From contig JBITNC010000001.1 of assembly GCA_050084985.1 (NCBI GenBank), positions 79,794,001 through 79,858,000 of the forward strand: 64,000 nucleotides of DNA, read 5' to 3'. Source of the DNA: Nageia nagi (taxonomy: Eukaryota; Plantae; Pinophyta). The notes beneath the pieces were generated by a model, which had not been told where the DNA came from, did not search any database, and saw only the letters and a program-made list of their open reading frames with translations. Made by a program: the position numbers and the translations under genes. Below, in pieces: positions 11,601-26,600 of the stretch; position 1 is the first letter of the stretch, and each line of letters opens with the position of its first letter.

Positions 11601-14600
11601 AACACTTGCAAATGAGTAGGAATGGCAATATAATCATTGTAGAAGCTTCAAGAATCACTCAACTTCCTTTGTTGATCCAACAAGAAAAAACAAATGCTCA
11701 GCATCTTAGAATAAAATTTGTTGTTTGCAAGAGAAATGAACAAGAATGGAGCAGTTTAAAGGTTTCATGTACTTTAGAGGTAACTTTTAGGGTTTACAAG
11801 GTGGACTTGGTCAAAGTAAAATAAAAAAAACATTAAAAAAGTGCGAAATATCTCCCTTTCCATCGTGGGTTCTGTCCTGGTTCACCTAAGGTGAACCAGG
11901 CAGGATTTTTTCGAACTCTTACCACACCCACAAGCAAACCGAACCCGAACCGGAGGTCTGCATAGGCGAACCCCGTAACTTAAAAAATAATTATAGTAGC
12001 TACCAGAAGTTTCCACCTTTGGGTCCTCAGCTTCAGTAAAAGGGCTCTTGGCAGATTTATCCCGTACAAGTTGCTTCTTCTGATAGACCAAAGGAAGAAA
12101 TGACATTAGAAAAATAAGCAATTCTGATGCATGCCCAATCTATCATGGATTATGTCAGTCCTTCACAAGTATTGCCAATCAAAAGAAGAAGCCAATACAG
12201 TATCTCTGGTCCAACACCCTCATCAGAAGTAAGCTGCAGTTTTCCAAAATATGCACTTTGAATAGAAACACCTCCATTGGTTGTTTGTAGCTGTATATGC
12301 ATGCTTTCAACATTATTTTGGTCTGAGGTACCAGGTGCTTCATCCAAACTAACTCGCATGATGTCAACAATCCACAACAAGTACCTTTGAGACACAACAG
12401 AACAGGAAGCAAAGAATACCTTTGCAGCAGCAGAAAGCAACTTTCCAAATAGCTGCACTTGGAGTAACTCATTTTTTAAAGGGAAAACATTTCCCCTCAC
12501 ATTTAACATTACAGATCTAAAAATTGCTTCCATCTGTTCATCTTCGCAATAGCTGAAGCAAAACACTGGTGTTTTCCCCTATATGAAAGGCCAAAATACA
12601 TTCTGTGACACAGGCTAAAGCCAATTCTTCAACCTCATTCTCCTCAAGACTGGGTATGGAAGCAAAATCTGGCACACGGTCTGCAGCAGATAATATTTCC
12701 TTCTTCAAGGATTCCCAAATAGCTTTTAGCAAATCCAATGCTAGACCAAGTTGAACTTTTTCTGGAACTCCAACATCTGCATGTCCTAGATACTCAATGT
12801 GCTCATTTTCTACTTTACTGTGATCTATATCAACACTTCCTGAAATTCCTATTGTGCCTTCTGTTGAAATTACTGAAACTTCTGCATTTAGTGACTTCAA
12901 CTCATTCAAGTTGCAATATCCCCAATTTTTTACTAGCTTTGTAAATATTGTCATTTTGATTTAAATGTTGTAAATAGAAGCCTATGAGAGGGACATCCAC
13001 CCTTGGAGAGTCATGTAGTATGTTTTGTTGTAAATATACAAGTTATATGAGTTAGTAAGTATGTTTTGGTAAGTATTATTGTTAGTATATGCGGTGGTAG
13101 AGTTAGAAGAGATGTTAGGTGAGTTTTGTGGCAAAGATAAGGCATTCTTAAATGCTTTTGGCTTTGTAAACGTTTTTGTTTTTATAACTATTTTTGGTTT
13201 TTGTAACTGTTTTTGGTTGTATAACTGTTTTAGCTTAGTGGGTAAGAATCTTATTAAATGTCCCTAGCATTTGTAACTACCCACTTGGCAAATGTAACTG
13301 ACTTTGGCAGTCTTTATGGATCTGATGGCTGGGAATTATTTGCCAGTTAAGGGTAATTGCCTATATAAAAAAAGAGAGATCTCATTTGTGAAAGAGACTG
13401 ATGAATATTGATATTTTGGACTTGGAGATATTATCGTGGATGGCAATATTCTTGAGCTCTTGTAGACTGGAAATCCTACAAGAGATTTCCATCCAAGGAT
13501 AAAACCCTAGAGCTATCTACCCATTGGAAAAGCAGATCCATCCAGGGTTTTTCATTGAGCTTAATTGATGAGAAATAATTCTGCAATTAGATCTGAATTG
13601 GAAAGCCATTGGAGACTTCATTTTCTTCATCAGATCTGGAGGTATTTTGCCCCAAGGTGGGACGTCCTTGCTTGGAGAGGGAGATTTGCAAGTTTGAAGG
13701 CACATTTGGCTTCCTAGAGCCATTCTACAGCCTTTGCCACTTTCAGAATATTTTTGTGGAGACCAGATTCGTCACTTGGCCATTTTCTGCCAATAACTCA
13801 GCCCTAGGGTCCAGATCTCGTATTCTGTATCAAATTTTCTGTTGTATGCAGTTGCTAGATCTTAGATCTGCACTGTTACAGTTTGTTGTTGCTGAATTGC
13901 TGTTCCAGAAATCAGAATTTTGTGTGTTGTTGCATATTTTCTGAGTTGTGTTCGCTGTAATTTTTCGGCCATATTTCAGTATAAATTGGCAGGACCATTA
14001 CACAAGTTGGCTTAATCTTGTAATGTTGTTTCATTCGCAGATATCAAACTATCAAAAGAGCACGAAGCAAAGACAGAAGAAACCATATGAATGTCTCAAA
14101 GTGACTGCAGGCCCATTTTGCTACTGACCATCTCAGAGGAAATAACTTTAGTCTCCTTTAGTATTTTGATGTAGTAGACGTCTTTATGTTTTTCATTTTA
14201 CATCTTTTGCTTGAATTCTCCTTTGATATTGGACCTGGGGGTTTGAAAGATTCACCTTGATGACTTTCAAAACCAGAACTTTTAGACTCTCGTGATAGAT
14301 TTTCCAATAAATTCAAACGTACACTGAGACAGAATTGCAGTATTTGGAAGACAAATATTGTCAGTTTGAGCTGAAAATGAGAAGCCAGATTTGAGCTTAT
14401 CAGAAGGCACAAGAGCTGCAGATTTTAACATGTCATAATGTGGATTTAAAGAAACACCAGAAGTTAAACCCTTGTGAAAAATAGTTTGAGTGCTTCTTGA
14501 AGAGGGAAACAGTTGTTTACATGTTTCAACTAAATTGTCATTGCATTCTTTCCTCATCTTATTTCTAGAACATACATTTTCATCAGAGTCTGATTTCTCC

Positions 14601-17600
14601 AGTTCCTCTTCTGTATGCTTTTGGGCATCATGAATAACAATTCTACAATAATGTATGGCTTGCTTGGCCTAAATTGATGTAAAGCTATGCTCATGAACAT
14701 GATAGTTGAATCCAGAAAAAAAATCTTGAATAGTATGTACCTCAACAATGCAATTCAAGCGCTTGTCTAGATCAATCGTTGTTGATTCAGCACCCTTCTG
14801 CTTTATTGCAACAGCTATGTCTTTTGAAGCCTATACCTTTTGATTGACATGATCTTCTTGTGATTTTTCTCTTTCAGATGCTCCTATGCTTATTTGAGAT
14901 CTTTTGTTTTCATTCACATCTTGCTCAACATTTCCTAAATTTTTCTTCTGTAATGCCTGAAAGTTTGAATCAATGCCCTGGTTGCAAATCTGATTGAACT
15001 CTTATCTCCCTGAGTGTAATATGTATGAGATGTTGTAAGCACATGGGGCATCTGTATTGGTATGGCCTGCCAAGTCTGAATAGGGAGCGCCTGATGCATA
15101 GAACTTTGTAGGCAGATCATTTGTTCCATTAAATCATTTATTCGATCCTGATTTCTGTTCATTCGATCCTAACTTCTCTGAAAACACCAATACAATCAAC
15201 ACACATTGCACATCACACCAGGAATATTAATGGAATTTAAATCAACATACAAATCAGGCCTTAGATGTTGGATGTCTGCAATAGGGACTCAATGTCTCTG
15301 CTGATAGGCGTCTGACTTGGTGCTAGTCAACCCTCTCATGTCGAACCCTCAATGTTGGCATCTAAATCATGAGATCACACCCTTGTTGATGATGGTCTAG
15401 AATATGGAATCAAACCCTCACTGAAGGGTGTCTAAAATATGAGATCAATCCCTAAAGACTAGGCGTTTGGAAATATGGTAATAAGTCCTCTCAAATCCTT
15501 AAACATTTCTCAAAACCCTCTGATCTGATCACTAATTTCTGATCTGGTCACAATCCAAACCCTCAATTTCTGATTTTTGATCTAGTCTCAAACCCTCATA
15601 ATTTGATTGCAGAAATCTTCAAACCCTCAATCAATAAACTTAGTGTGAACCCTGGATGGATCCACCTCTCAGAACCAAAGGCATTTAGTCCTCTAGCTCT
15701 CAGAACCAAAGGGGTTTCATCCTCTAGTACTCGCTGTTGTGGGGTTTCGTCCTCTAGTTCTCGCTGTTGCGGGGTTTCGTCGGCAGAAGAGGGGGAAATG
15801 TGTTTATCAACAACTCAATGAGCCACTTCACCCTTCAAATAGATGAGTCCAAACTAGGCGTCCCTTTTTGGAGTTCATAACTTCACATTAAGATGTATTT
15901 ACATTAAAAGGTGGGCGTCCCATTTCACTTTGTATAAAAATAATCATTAATAATTTACTACTCATCAAGTAAAAAGGGGACATTACATAGTCAAACTCTC
16001 CACTTTGTATAAAAATAATCATTAATAATTTAATACTCATCAAGTAAAAAGGGGACACTACATAGTCCAGCTCTCCAATACTTGTGAGTACTCAGGAGTA
16101 ATCTTGCCGAGTTGATCAAAATGAATATTCACTTTCAAATTGGAAGTTTTTGAGGTTGATTGTTATCCACTTCCAACAAATCATGCTCTGAAACAACTCT
16201 AAAAAAAGCCTAGTCAACTTGTTTAAAATTGGGATACCAAACCTTTAAAAACCAAAATGAACAATAGGTTTGGCACTCCTCTTAAGAGGCACATTTTAAC
16301 AAAATAGTCATTTAACAAACTATTCCATGCAGCTTCTAGGTAGCGTAGTTCATCAGCATGCAAAGTAAGATCTGGCTAAACAAAACAAATCATTCAATTG
16401 AGATGTTTTGCTTCTGACTTGCCGATAAGTAGAGTTGAATATAGAAATTTGTGGATAGTTTATCTTCTGAAAGCAATAACACTCACATACACCTTTAGAA
16501 ATCACCATAACAGAAAGAACACCACCATCAGAGTTTTTAACACAGCATAGAGCATTAATGGCTGACTTCTATTAACTTCTACTGAAATAGTAAAAACAAA
16601 AGGAAATCAAACTCCACAAAATAAACTAGCTAATACACATCTAAACTACCATGATACTATCCTATTATGGAACCTGGGAATGATCTTTGGTCTTCTCTTC
16701 AATTAAATTTGCTAGCTAACTGTCAGAACAAGGAGAATATATGACACATAGGCCACAAAAAAACTACATATGAAAGTTATAATTGATTTCAAAAACTTTT
16801 GTTTTACTAGACTGCTCAAAATGAATTCGTTTTCCACTTTTCCTAACTTGAGCCCTCTGCCATCTGATTCTGAATTGAAAGGCCACAATTTAGGAGTGAG
16901 AAGTCAAGTTGACACTTGCATAAGATCAGAAGAGAGGCAAGAGAGGACTTGAAATTTCTCTCTTTCCTGCTTTATCAGCACCACCATTCTAACAAAATTG
17001 ATCTCCACAAATAAATCCATCAGGATTACACAAACAGCTAAAGCTCATAGTGTTTATACATCTAAATAAATTTCAGCGCAACCAGAAATTTTCGGATCTC
17101 AGATCCTCATAATATTTGCTAATCTCTTTACCTACTCTGAGTAAACGATAAAATCTTGACAACCAAATCAGTCCATGCCAAGTAGAAGAATGCTATATCA
17201 AAATAAAGTATCTTACGTTCCCAAGGATTTGCTGTGTTTGCAGGCGGCCTGGTTCACCTAAGTTTGTTCTCCAAGTGATTTGAAGCTTTCCAAGGGTATT
17301 GCTTCCTTCAACTTTTACTAGAGTAGATTCGCTTGATGACTGGGTCAACTGATACAGATAATTTCGTACTCCCCCATTTGCTCTAATGAGATCTGGTGCT
17401 TTGCAAATTTCCCTGACCATCTTAAAATGGAAACTAGTGAGAGAAACCCATAGAAATAACAAATGGTCATTTCAGATCAATGTGAAATTAGTGCAACCAC
17501 TAAAAAAAATAAAATGTGTTGAGTAGAAGGAAAATAAAGAAATGCAGCTTTAAAGTTAATAATTGCAGATATTAAAATTCAAATATGCTGTCAACAAACA

Positions 17601-20600
17601 AAGAAATATAAATAGTTAAATTAGCTATTAGTTATCAAACCAGATATTGTTCTAATATCGGTTATATTTTACAGGAGTTAATATAGTTTTTAATGCACAA
17701 CAGTACCTAACTTGAGGCTCAACTTCAGGATTTTCATCATTGGTTGCTAAAACCTTTGCAGTCCAAGGTTGAGCAGGCTCAAATTGCACTTGATCCATGT
17801 ACAGGTGTGATTTTGTATGATTTTCAATGCAAGCTTCCAAAAATGTGCTGTCCTGTTCAAATACAATCCACTAGGAATGTGAATCCCAACAAAAAGAACA
17901 GTACATTATTATAGACTTAAATAGCTAGGCCTGGATGCATTAAACCATAAATAAATGAACAGAAAAACAAATTCAAAGAACTAGACCATAGAAATCATGA
18001 AATTATTGTGTTACAATTCAACTAGTACAAACTACAAATAGCAGAAATAACATCCAAATTCCACAATTCCAGTAATCAAGAGTAGCCAATTGCAGCAGCT
18101 AAAAATATGCTAGATCAATTAACAATGAAACACCATGCACAACTGCCAAATACAGAATAGTGACCAATAGAAGTTCGCAATGAATAATCAATAAGAGATC
18201 CAGAAAGCTACTGCCAGTTTGAAGGGGCAACCTCCCAAGTATGCAAATATACAAAATTACATAAATGATGATATAATAATTATGAGTCTAACTTATGCTT
18301 CTATTTATATGTAAATACAACTACTGTACTAATATCTATGACCTATAGATGACACAATCATATTACGGCTAATGATGCAGTAATGCAGGGGTATAACATG
18401 TAGATGTAGACCCAAATCTAAGTTTGGCATGCTTTTTCAGCTTTGATATAAATTAAGACTACAAACTCTAAAGTACTCTTGAGAGAAACCAATGATGACC
18501 GCCAAGCTCTGTGGATGGTTCATTGACACAGATGAAATCAATCTAAAATACTTATTACAAGGGAAATAAATATTGTTTCCAGTCCTGATTCTCATTGTGT
18601 TTTTTTGAAGGGAGTCTTGGTGAGTTGTTACTGACAGTGCCGGTGAGATGGAAAAATCATGTTCCTGGGAATTATAAATAGGGCACACTCTCTTCTATTG
18701 GCTCTCAAGTGCAAATGACAAATCAGGCATTCCTCATCTGGTTCAACATTGTGCAAGCTTTATAACCAAAAGGAGTTCACTTCAATGGATGTCAAAACAT
18801 TTTGGTCACCATATGCATCAACATTCGAGGTGATGCTATTTGTACCCAGACTAGGCATCTCAGATCAGAAAATGACTGTGATCTCAGAACATTATCAAGG
18901 TTGACTGTGATCTGATTGATTTTGCCTCTTTGGATTATCTCCACTATTGTGAAAAAAGGTATGAGATTGCCCTAATACAGGTGGTCAGTGCCCCATCATA
19001 CACTGCAATTTGCTTCAAATCTTGAGCTTTCTGGAGACCTTATTGGTATTTTGATAGCAAGTTTTTGTGGTTTCGCTACTGCCTTGGTTGTGAAGAGTTT
19101 GCATCTTGGAAACTTCACTTGTGGCATGGACTGGTAAGCCACTCATATAGTATTACCTTGAATGTCTTGAAGATATGCTTTTGACAAACATTACTTTCAG
19201 GTTAGCAAGGAGGTTACATATAGCTTCAACACTTGACTATGGTGTTTGGTTCTTCAACATCCATTTCAAATGGCAATTATTCGTACTATGATTGGGACCT
19301 TGTTGCTTGAGTGTTTGACAAGGATTTGATGATGAGTTCAGAAACTATCATTTATGGGTTTTGACATACCATTCTAAATGTTCTTACTACTTTCAATGCA
19401 TCGGTGCATAGAATAATTTTATAGTGTAAATTTTTGTGGGATCTAACAACAAACAACACTAAAGAGTATGCAAGAAATGAAATTGATGTGTCTACTCCTA
19501 TTCACTTCATTTTAAATATAGATCACTTGATACTTAAAACAAAATTGTCCTTCCTGTCTAATCAAACTAACACCAAACAGCAGGGCTGACAGATGTGGGC
19601 CTGTAGCAAGGGTGATGAGCCATGCGGCAATGTTTAAATGCCCAGGCTGAGTGCATATCCCACACATCCCCTCTTTGGAGGAATGTCAAATCAATAATCA
19701 TAAAATGTTGTGAAACTTGTGCATGCACGACAATGGATTGGACGTTTCGAAGGCTGTGGTTTCCAACTACACCTCTATCAGTGCCATGGGAAAGATTTGG
19801 TGGACAGGATGTTGGTTATGTGGAAATGATCACAGCACCCTCAAGAAGGATGATGGCATGCAGGGCACGATCCAGTTGGGAAAGATTTCACATGTTACCC
19901 AGCTCATTTCAGCCTACACGAATGATTTCTGGTGTGAATGGGGTATGGATCTCGGGATGTTGAAGGAGTCTAACATAGTATACAAATTTGGCGAATATTC
20001 ACCGAATTGGCAATTCTTCGCAAATTTTCCTCAAAAATTCGCCAGATTTAAGTGATAAATTTTGGTCCCGAATAAATGTCCAAAATTTGCCAAATAGACT
20101 GCAAATTCACCAGAAAAATACCAGTCAAAGGGTCGGTTTGACTATTTTTTTTTAAATTCCACAAGTCTGCAAACATTCACCAAATCATTGTTCAAAATCC
20201 GGCAAATCTGGCGTGAATCTGCGAAGAAAGAAAAAGCAGAGAATAAAAGGAAAAGCCAAAATTTTATTTCTTGTATCACTCATTTGTCATGTGCAGGTTT
20301 GGAAGGAGGGAGTGTGAAGCTGAGGGGAGCATTCTTGCAGCCTTGGACATTGATTTCATCAGTTGAAGGCTGCATTTGTCCATCCACGGTGATCCTTTGT
20401 GACTTTGTCCACCATGGGAGAAGATTGTTGGGGCTGCATTTCAGGTTTTCCTCATTTTCTTGCCTAAATCAAGATGCCTAAGGAGGTGGATAGATCTAGC
20501 AGTATGTAACACAAATGGAGGGCATTCTAGGCAGTTCAACTAAGCTAAAATGTAACCTTTGTGGAAAGGAATTCATTATAACAATTAGCAAGTTCAAAGC

Positions 20601-23600
20601 CAGTATTTCTCAACAACCAAGAAGAGAAGTGAAAAGTTATCCTGCTGCATGTCTAAATCTTTCCCTAGAGGCAACCATAGCCCTAGAAGTTATAGCAAAG
20701 AAAAGGAATAAAAAGGTTGCATTTCAAATGGAGTTGGGGATGAATTCTTCAAGTGTTGTAAGTGTTGCAAGTGGAAGTAAAGCTTCTGTTAGTACTTCTT
20801 TTCGACCTAATGGAACTGGAATTTCTTCCTATTTTGTACCACAGACAACTCCTAGAGCCCAACCGTCTATTACCAGTATGTTAAACACGAATGAGAAGAA
20901 ACAAGCAAACGTGATGGTCTCCAAACTGGTATATTATGAAAGACTGTCAATCAACATTGTCGAGAGCCCTTTTTGGCAACCAATGTTCGATGCAGTTTGT
21001 ACAATTGAGGCTGGGTACAAGGCGTCCACTCAGATTTGCAAGGGTCTCTTATGCGGGGTCTCAAGAAGGAGTGCTTGGATAATTATATTAAAATTTAACT
21101 ATTGTATTTTTTAAAATACTTCTTTACTTGAAGTTTTTACTTTTTAGTTGCATTTTTGTAGAGTTGTTTTTAGAAATTAACTATTTAGTATTTAGTAATT
21201 TAGTACTTACTTTTAGTATTTAGTAATTTACTATTAGAATTTACTGTTAAGTATTTTAATATTTAGTTATTTTGTTGTTTTCACATTGTCTGAAATCCGA
21301 AAGTCTTGGAAGCTAATAGGTTACATCATACTATCTAACAGTTAGACAGATATAAAGGATAGAAACCTAATTAATTCCTTGTGTATTGCCCATGGCGCAC
21401 AATAGTCATCAGATCCATTGATGCATCCGCACAAACATATGATGCAATTACGCTATAAGAACTATTAGACCTGTTTGTGTAGGAGGTGGGGGTGGAGCAT
21501 GTTGTCTAAGTGGTCACGAACAACACTATCAACTATGTTTCAGCTGGGAGGATGCTTATGGACAGGTATCCCTCCATTTTCTGGACTTCATGCGCTTTTC
21601 ATTGCATTGATCTTCTTTTAGAGAACATAGGCAAATTGGATTGGGTGAGAGAGATGGTTGAACATGCAAGGTCAATCACCAAGTTCATTTATAATAAAAA
21701 CACTATTCTTAGCATGATGAGAGGATTCACCAACAAGGAGTTGTTGTGCCCTAGAGACACATAGTTTGCCTCCAACTTGATCTCCCTTTAGTCAATGCAG
21801 AGGAGCATGTTTGAGCTTCAAGCAATGTTTGTTTCTAGAGAGTGGAATGGTTCCCCCATGAGTAGGAGGCTAGAGGGCAAAGCAATGGCTACTTTGATAG
21901 CCAAGCAAGACTTTTAGATGGCGATCAGGGAGATTTGTGCAATGACTACACCACTTGTTATCATCCTCCGCTTATTTGATGAAGATAGGCCTACTATCAG
22001 CTACTTGTACAAGGCCATGGATGAGGCCATCATGAAATGGTATGAGGACCACCTTGATGATTATAATACGTTTGGTGACAAGTACATCATATTTTGGGAT
22101 ATCATTGATCAGTGATAGAACATGCTCCATTGCCTTGTTCATGGAGCAAGGGCCATCTTGAACCCTAGCATGCAACAAATTCCTAATACACAATTGATAA
22201 TGAAGCTAACATGGGGGAAACAAAATGCATATCCACTATAGCGAGTGATCCCATCATTTGTGCCTGAATCTTCAACCACCTTGTGAAGGACAAGAATTCA
22301 CAATGCTTCCTTAGTTATAGTGTTGCTAAAGAGCCATGTTTTTTGCTCGCTCCAAGTGAGGAAAGTTCAAAGTTCATTTTGTTTTTTTATAGTTTATAAC
22401 TTTACACATTTAGGCTTTTACCAATTTAATTTTTTCTGATTTGATTTGTGTTTTAGAATTGTTGTAGATGCATTTTGGGTGTGAGACACCCGAGTTTCAA
22501 AGATTAGCCATCTGCATTCTCAGTCAAACATGTAGAGCTTCAGGATGCAAATGCAATTGAAGTGTCTTTGAAAAAAGTCACTCCAAGAAGCGGAAAAGGT
22601 TATCAATTTGATTCATTTCAATTTTGATTATTTTCAGCTTTCAAAATTCAATGGACACTTCTTAAGTTCTTAGTTCTTAGTCTTACTAGTTCTAAGTTCT
22701 AACTTCTCACTATGGCAAAATTTGTTTAATGTTATTAGGTTGACAACACAACGCTTAAATGACATTGTGTATGTCTAAGTCAACCAGCAATTGTTAGTGA
22801 GGCAAATGCAAAAGAAGGATGATGAGGGACCCATTAGCATGTCTTCCATTGATCCCACATTTAGTGATAAACCTCTATGTGACATAATGGAAGAGCTAGA
22901 GGACCAAGTACATGAGCAGTTTCCGACTGCATGACTGCTTGGAGGAGGAGATGGTTACACTTACAAACATGGAGGAGGAGGAGGAGGATGTGGTTGTGCA
23001 CTTGGAGGATCCATTTCCTCCTATGGACTTTGGTGTTGGACCTCAACCTAAGATTACGGATGATTCTCTGCTCTACCAGGATCAAACGTAGAGACAACAC
23101 TAGATAGGATTGCCTCCTCGTAGCACTAGCAAAGCATCCTCTCTTAGTCTTACACCTACAAATAGAGCATGTGGCAATCGTATTGGTGGTCGATTGACTA
23201 ATAAAAGGGCTAGAGCCTCAAGTCATTTACCTTGATGCCTTGACACTATATTTACTATTTTTTGCATTTGTTAGCACTTGGCAATATGAGACTTATGAGT
23301 GATGAGTAGACATATGACATACATTTTGTAGATGAATTTTTATTTCAAATGTTTTCGTATATCGATGTTATAATTTATGAATAAGAATTAGGATCCGCTT
23401 GTTAGGAATGGAACCTGATTTTTGGGTTGTTACGTTTTTAGCTCTCTATTTTGCAATTTGCATGCACAATGCTTATCGGCAATTGCAATCGGTAGGCAAG
23501 GGGCTGATCAAGTCCAATTCGTAGACAAATGCGAATCATGCCAATTGATCGACCGATCAAAGGAAGAATTGCAGTCGACCTTATGACAACCAATCCCGAC

Positions 23601-26600
23601 AACCCAATCAGTCTGATGGTGGCCGATTATGACTCCAAAGATGGGAAAACTCTATTTTGAGGTTAGAAACTCACTCTTGGGCTATTCTAAGTGTGTAGAA
23701 TTGAGGTTGCTTTGGGTGGTAAATTTAATGCATGTAATATTACTGCAATTTGGACTAAAAATAAGATTGTATGAATCTCTATAATTAATATATAAGATTC
23801 ATTGTAAAATAGATGCAAAGTTGTTGATTTGTATAGGTGTGAGAAAGAGAAAGAGGAGGTAAATCCTTGTGAGAGAGACTGTTGTAGTGAGGATTTCTGG
23901 TAAGAATAAAGAGGAGGATACAACGGTTTGGTTGTAAGTTGTATCCCTTTGTTGCTTGGGCTGATTTAATCAAAGGATTGGATATTCTCCGTGGATGTAG
24001 CCCACATTGGGTGAACCATGTTACATAGTTTGTCTTCTCTTGTGTGTGATCTTGTTGCTTATTTTCTTTTGGTTTATAGTAAATTAATTGCTCAACTATA
24101 TTTTTATATAGTGAATCCTAACAAGTGGTATCAAAGCTTTTGTTTTGTTGGTTACACTTAACAAAACAAAAGGAAGGATTTCTGAGTCAAGTGGGAGCAC
24201 TGGCAGAAAAAGGGAGGTTAAAGGTGGAAACATTTAATGGCCAAAATTTCCAATTTTGGAAGATGCAAATTGAGGATGACTTGTACCAAAAGGATCTTTT
24301 TCTAACTCTTGATGATAAGACAAAGAAACCTTTGGCTATGTCGGATGAGGAGTGGAGTCTTACTGATAGAAAGGCATTGGGTATGGTGAGGTTATGCCTG
24401 GGAGCAACGGTTGCCTTCAACATCTCCAAAGAAAATACTACCAAGGAAGTCATGGACAAGTTGGCCAAGTTATATGAAAAACCCTCAACCTCAAAGAAGG
24501 TATTTCTCATGAAAAGGTTATTTAATATGCACATGGTTGAAAACGGATCCATTCCAGACCACTTGAATTATTTTAATATTGTTACTAATTAGTTGCATTC
24601 AGTGGGTTTAGATTTTGATGATAAGATCGTGGCCTTGTTGATTTTGTGTTCATTACCAAAAAGTTGGAATAGTTTGGTAATCGTAGTCAGTAACTCTACT
24701 TCAGATTCTAAAAAGTTGAAGTTTGATGATGTCGTGGGCACCCTTCTTACTAAGTACATGTGAAGAAAATCCACAAGTGAAACATCAAGTTATTTTGGTG
24801 CATTACTTATTGAGGATAAGGAAAGATAGAGGGAGGGAGGCGGACATCAAAATCAAGGAAAATTAAAGGGAAACTCCAAGGGAAAAGGTAATGTGGAATG
24901 TTGGAATCGTGGGAAGAAGGGACACTTGAAAGGGAGTGTTGGTCTAGGAAGGTAGATGGAAAAGAGAGCAATGAAGGTAATAATCATGAAGCTAATATGG
25001 TTGGTGAGATTTTACAAAATGCTTTGATATTATCTCTTGATATGAATAATTGTTATTGAATTATAGATTCAGGTGCTTCTTTTCATGCCACTTCTCACAA
25101 GGATTATTTTATAGAATATGTTCATGGAAATTTTGGACAGGTTTTGTTGGGTAATGATCAACCATGCAAGATTGTGGATATGGCGAAGATCAAGTTCAAA
25201 TTGCCTAATGGAAATAGGTGGGTGTTCAAGGAGGTGAGGCACATGACAGATTTGAAGATAAACTTATGAGGGTTACATGGTTGCATTCGACATTAAGGCT
25301 TGGAAGGTGACTAAGGGTTTCATGTTTGTTGCTAAAGGTAATATGGTTGGTACGCTATATTTGCTTACTAACACTCCTAATGATGCTATGGATTTAGCTT
25401 CTACAAGTCGGAATGTAGTTATTGGACATCACAAGTTTGAACATGTGGAAAATAGTGAATTGGGGTTTGGTGAAAAGAAGAAGAGGGTGAGATTCCTCAA
25501 GGTTGGAAAGGATGTTTCCAAGGACAAGAAGAAGAATATGTGGATACCAAAGGTGTAAGGAGGTCTTCAACATCAATATTTGCAAACTCTCCCAAGGGAT
25601 GTTGGAAGATGTAAAAGAGTAAGCCATTATTTCCTTGTAGTTTCATATACATTGTATACTGATGGTGGTAAATGTTTTGAAAAAGGTGTGCAAAAGGAAA
25701 CCAAGAAGAAGTGAGAGCTTAGGATGAATAAGTTACCTATAGATATGGAAGGTTTGCATGGTGTATGTATGCAAGATGAAAGCGGAGGAAGGCGTATTGC
25801 GCAAGGAGGGCTTTGAATAAAAGTGTTTGCACAAGATGGCGGTATGGCCCATGGAGTGGGAGGTGTGAATTGGTTGAGGTTCATGGAAAATCAAAGTGAA
25901 GAATTTTGTGAAGAATGACAAAGGACATGTTGTCAAAGGTGAAAGCAAAGGTAGTTGCAAAGGAGCAATTGGGGTTCTCCTAATTTTAGTTGATCTCAAG
26001 GAATAAGAGATCAAGATGAGAATATCCAAATCCAACGTTGCAAAATGTTGCAATGGAATCAATCTCTAGGTGGGAGATTGTTAGGAATGGAGCTTGATTT
26101 TTGCTCTCTGTTTTACAATCAGCATGCACAAGGCCAATCAATAGGTGCAATTGGCAGGTAGGGGGTTGATCATGTGCAATTGGCAAACAAGTGGTAGATC
26201 ATGCCAATCGGTCTACCAATCAAAGTAAGAATACCAGTCGGCCTTATGACAACTGATCCCGACAACCCAATCGGTCTGATGGTGGCCAATTACGACTCCA
26301 TTTGAGGTTAGAAACTTGCTCTTGGACTATTCTAAGAAGAGGGTACAACGGTTTGGCTGTAGGTTGTATCCCTTTGTTACTTGGGCTGATTTAATCAAAG
26401 GATTGGATATTCTCCATAGATGTAGCCTACATTGGGTGAACCACGTTACATAGTTTGTCTTCTCTTATGTGTGATCTTGTTGCGTATTTTCTTTTGGTTT
26501 AAAGTAAATTAATTGCTCAACTATATTTTTATATAGTGAATCCTAACACCACTATCATTTTCTTTAAATATATGTTACGAATGTGTTGTTGGATGATATG

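Noticed and set aside
11876-11890. 15-nt identity (CCTGGTTCACCTAAG) between the hairpin and TRAPPC13 exon 7 (17248-17262), suggesting a small RNA targeting the host gene
   Set aside because: A 15-mer match is expected by chance in an all-versus-all comparison of 64 kb, and the hairpin is too short for a miRNA precursor.
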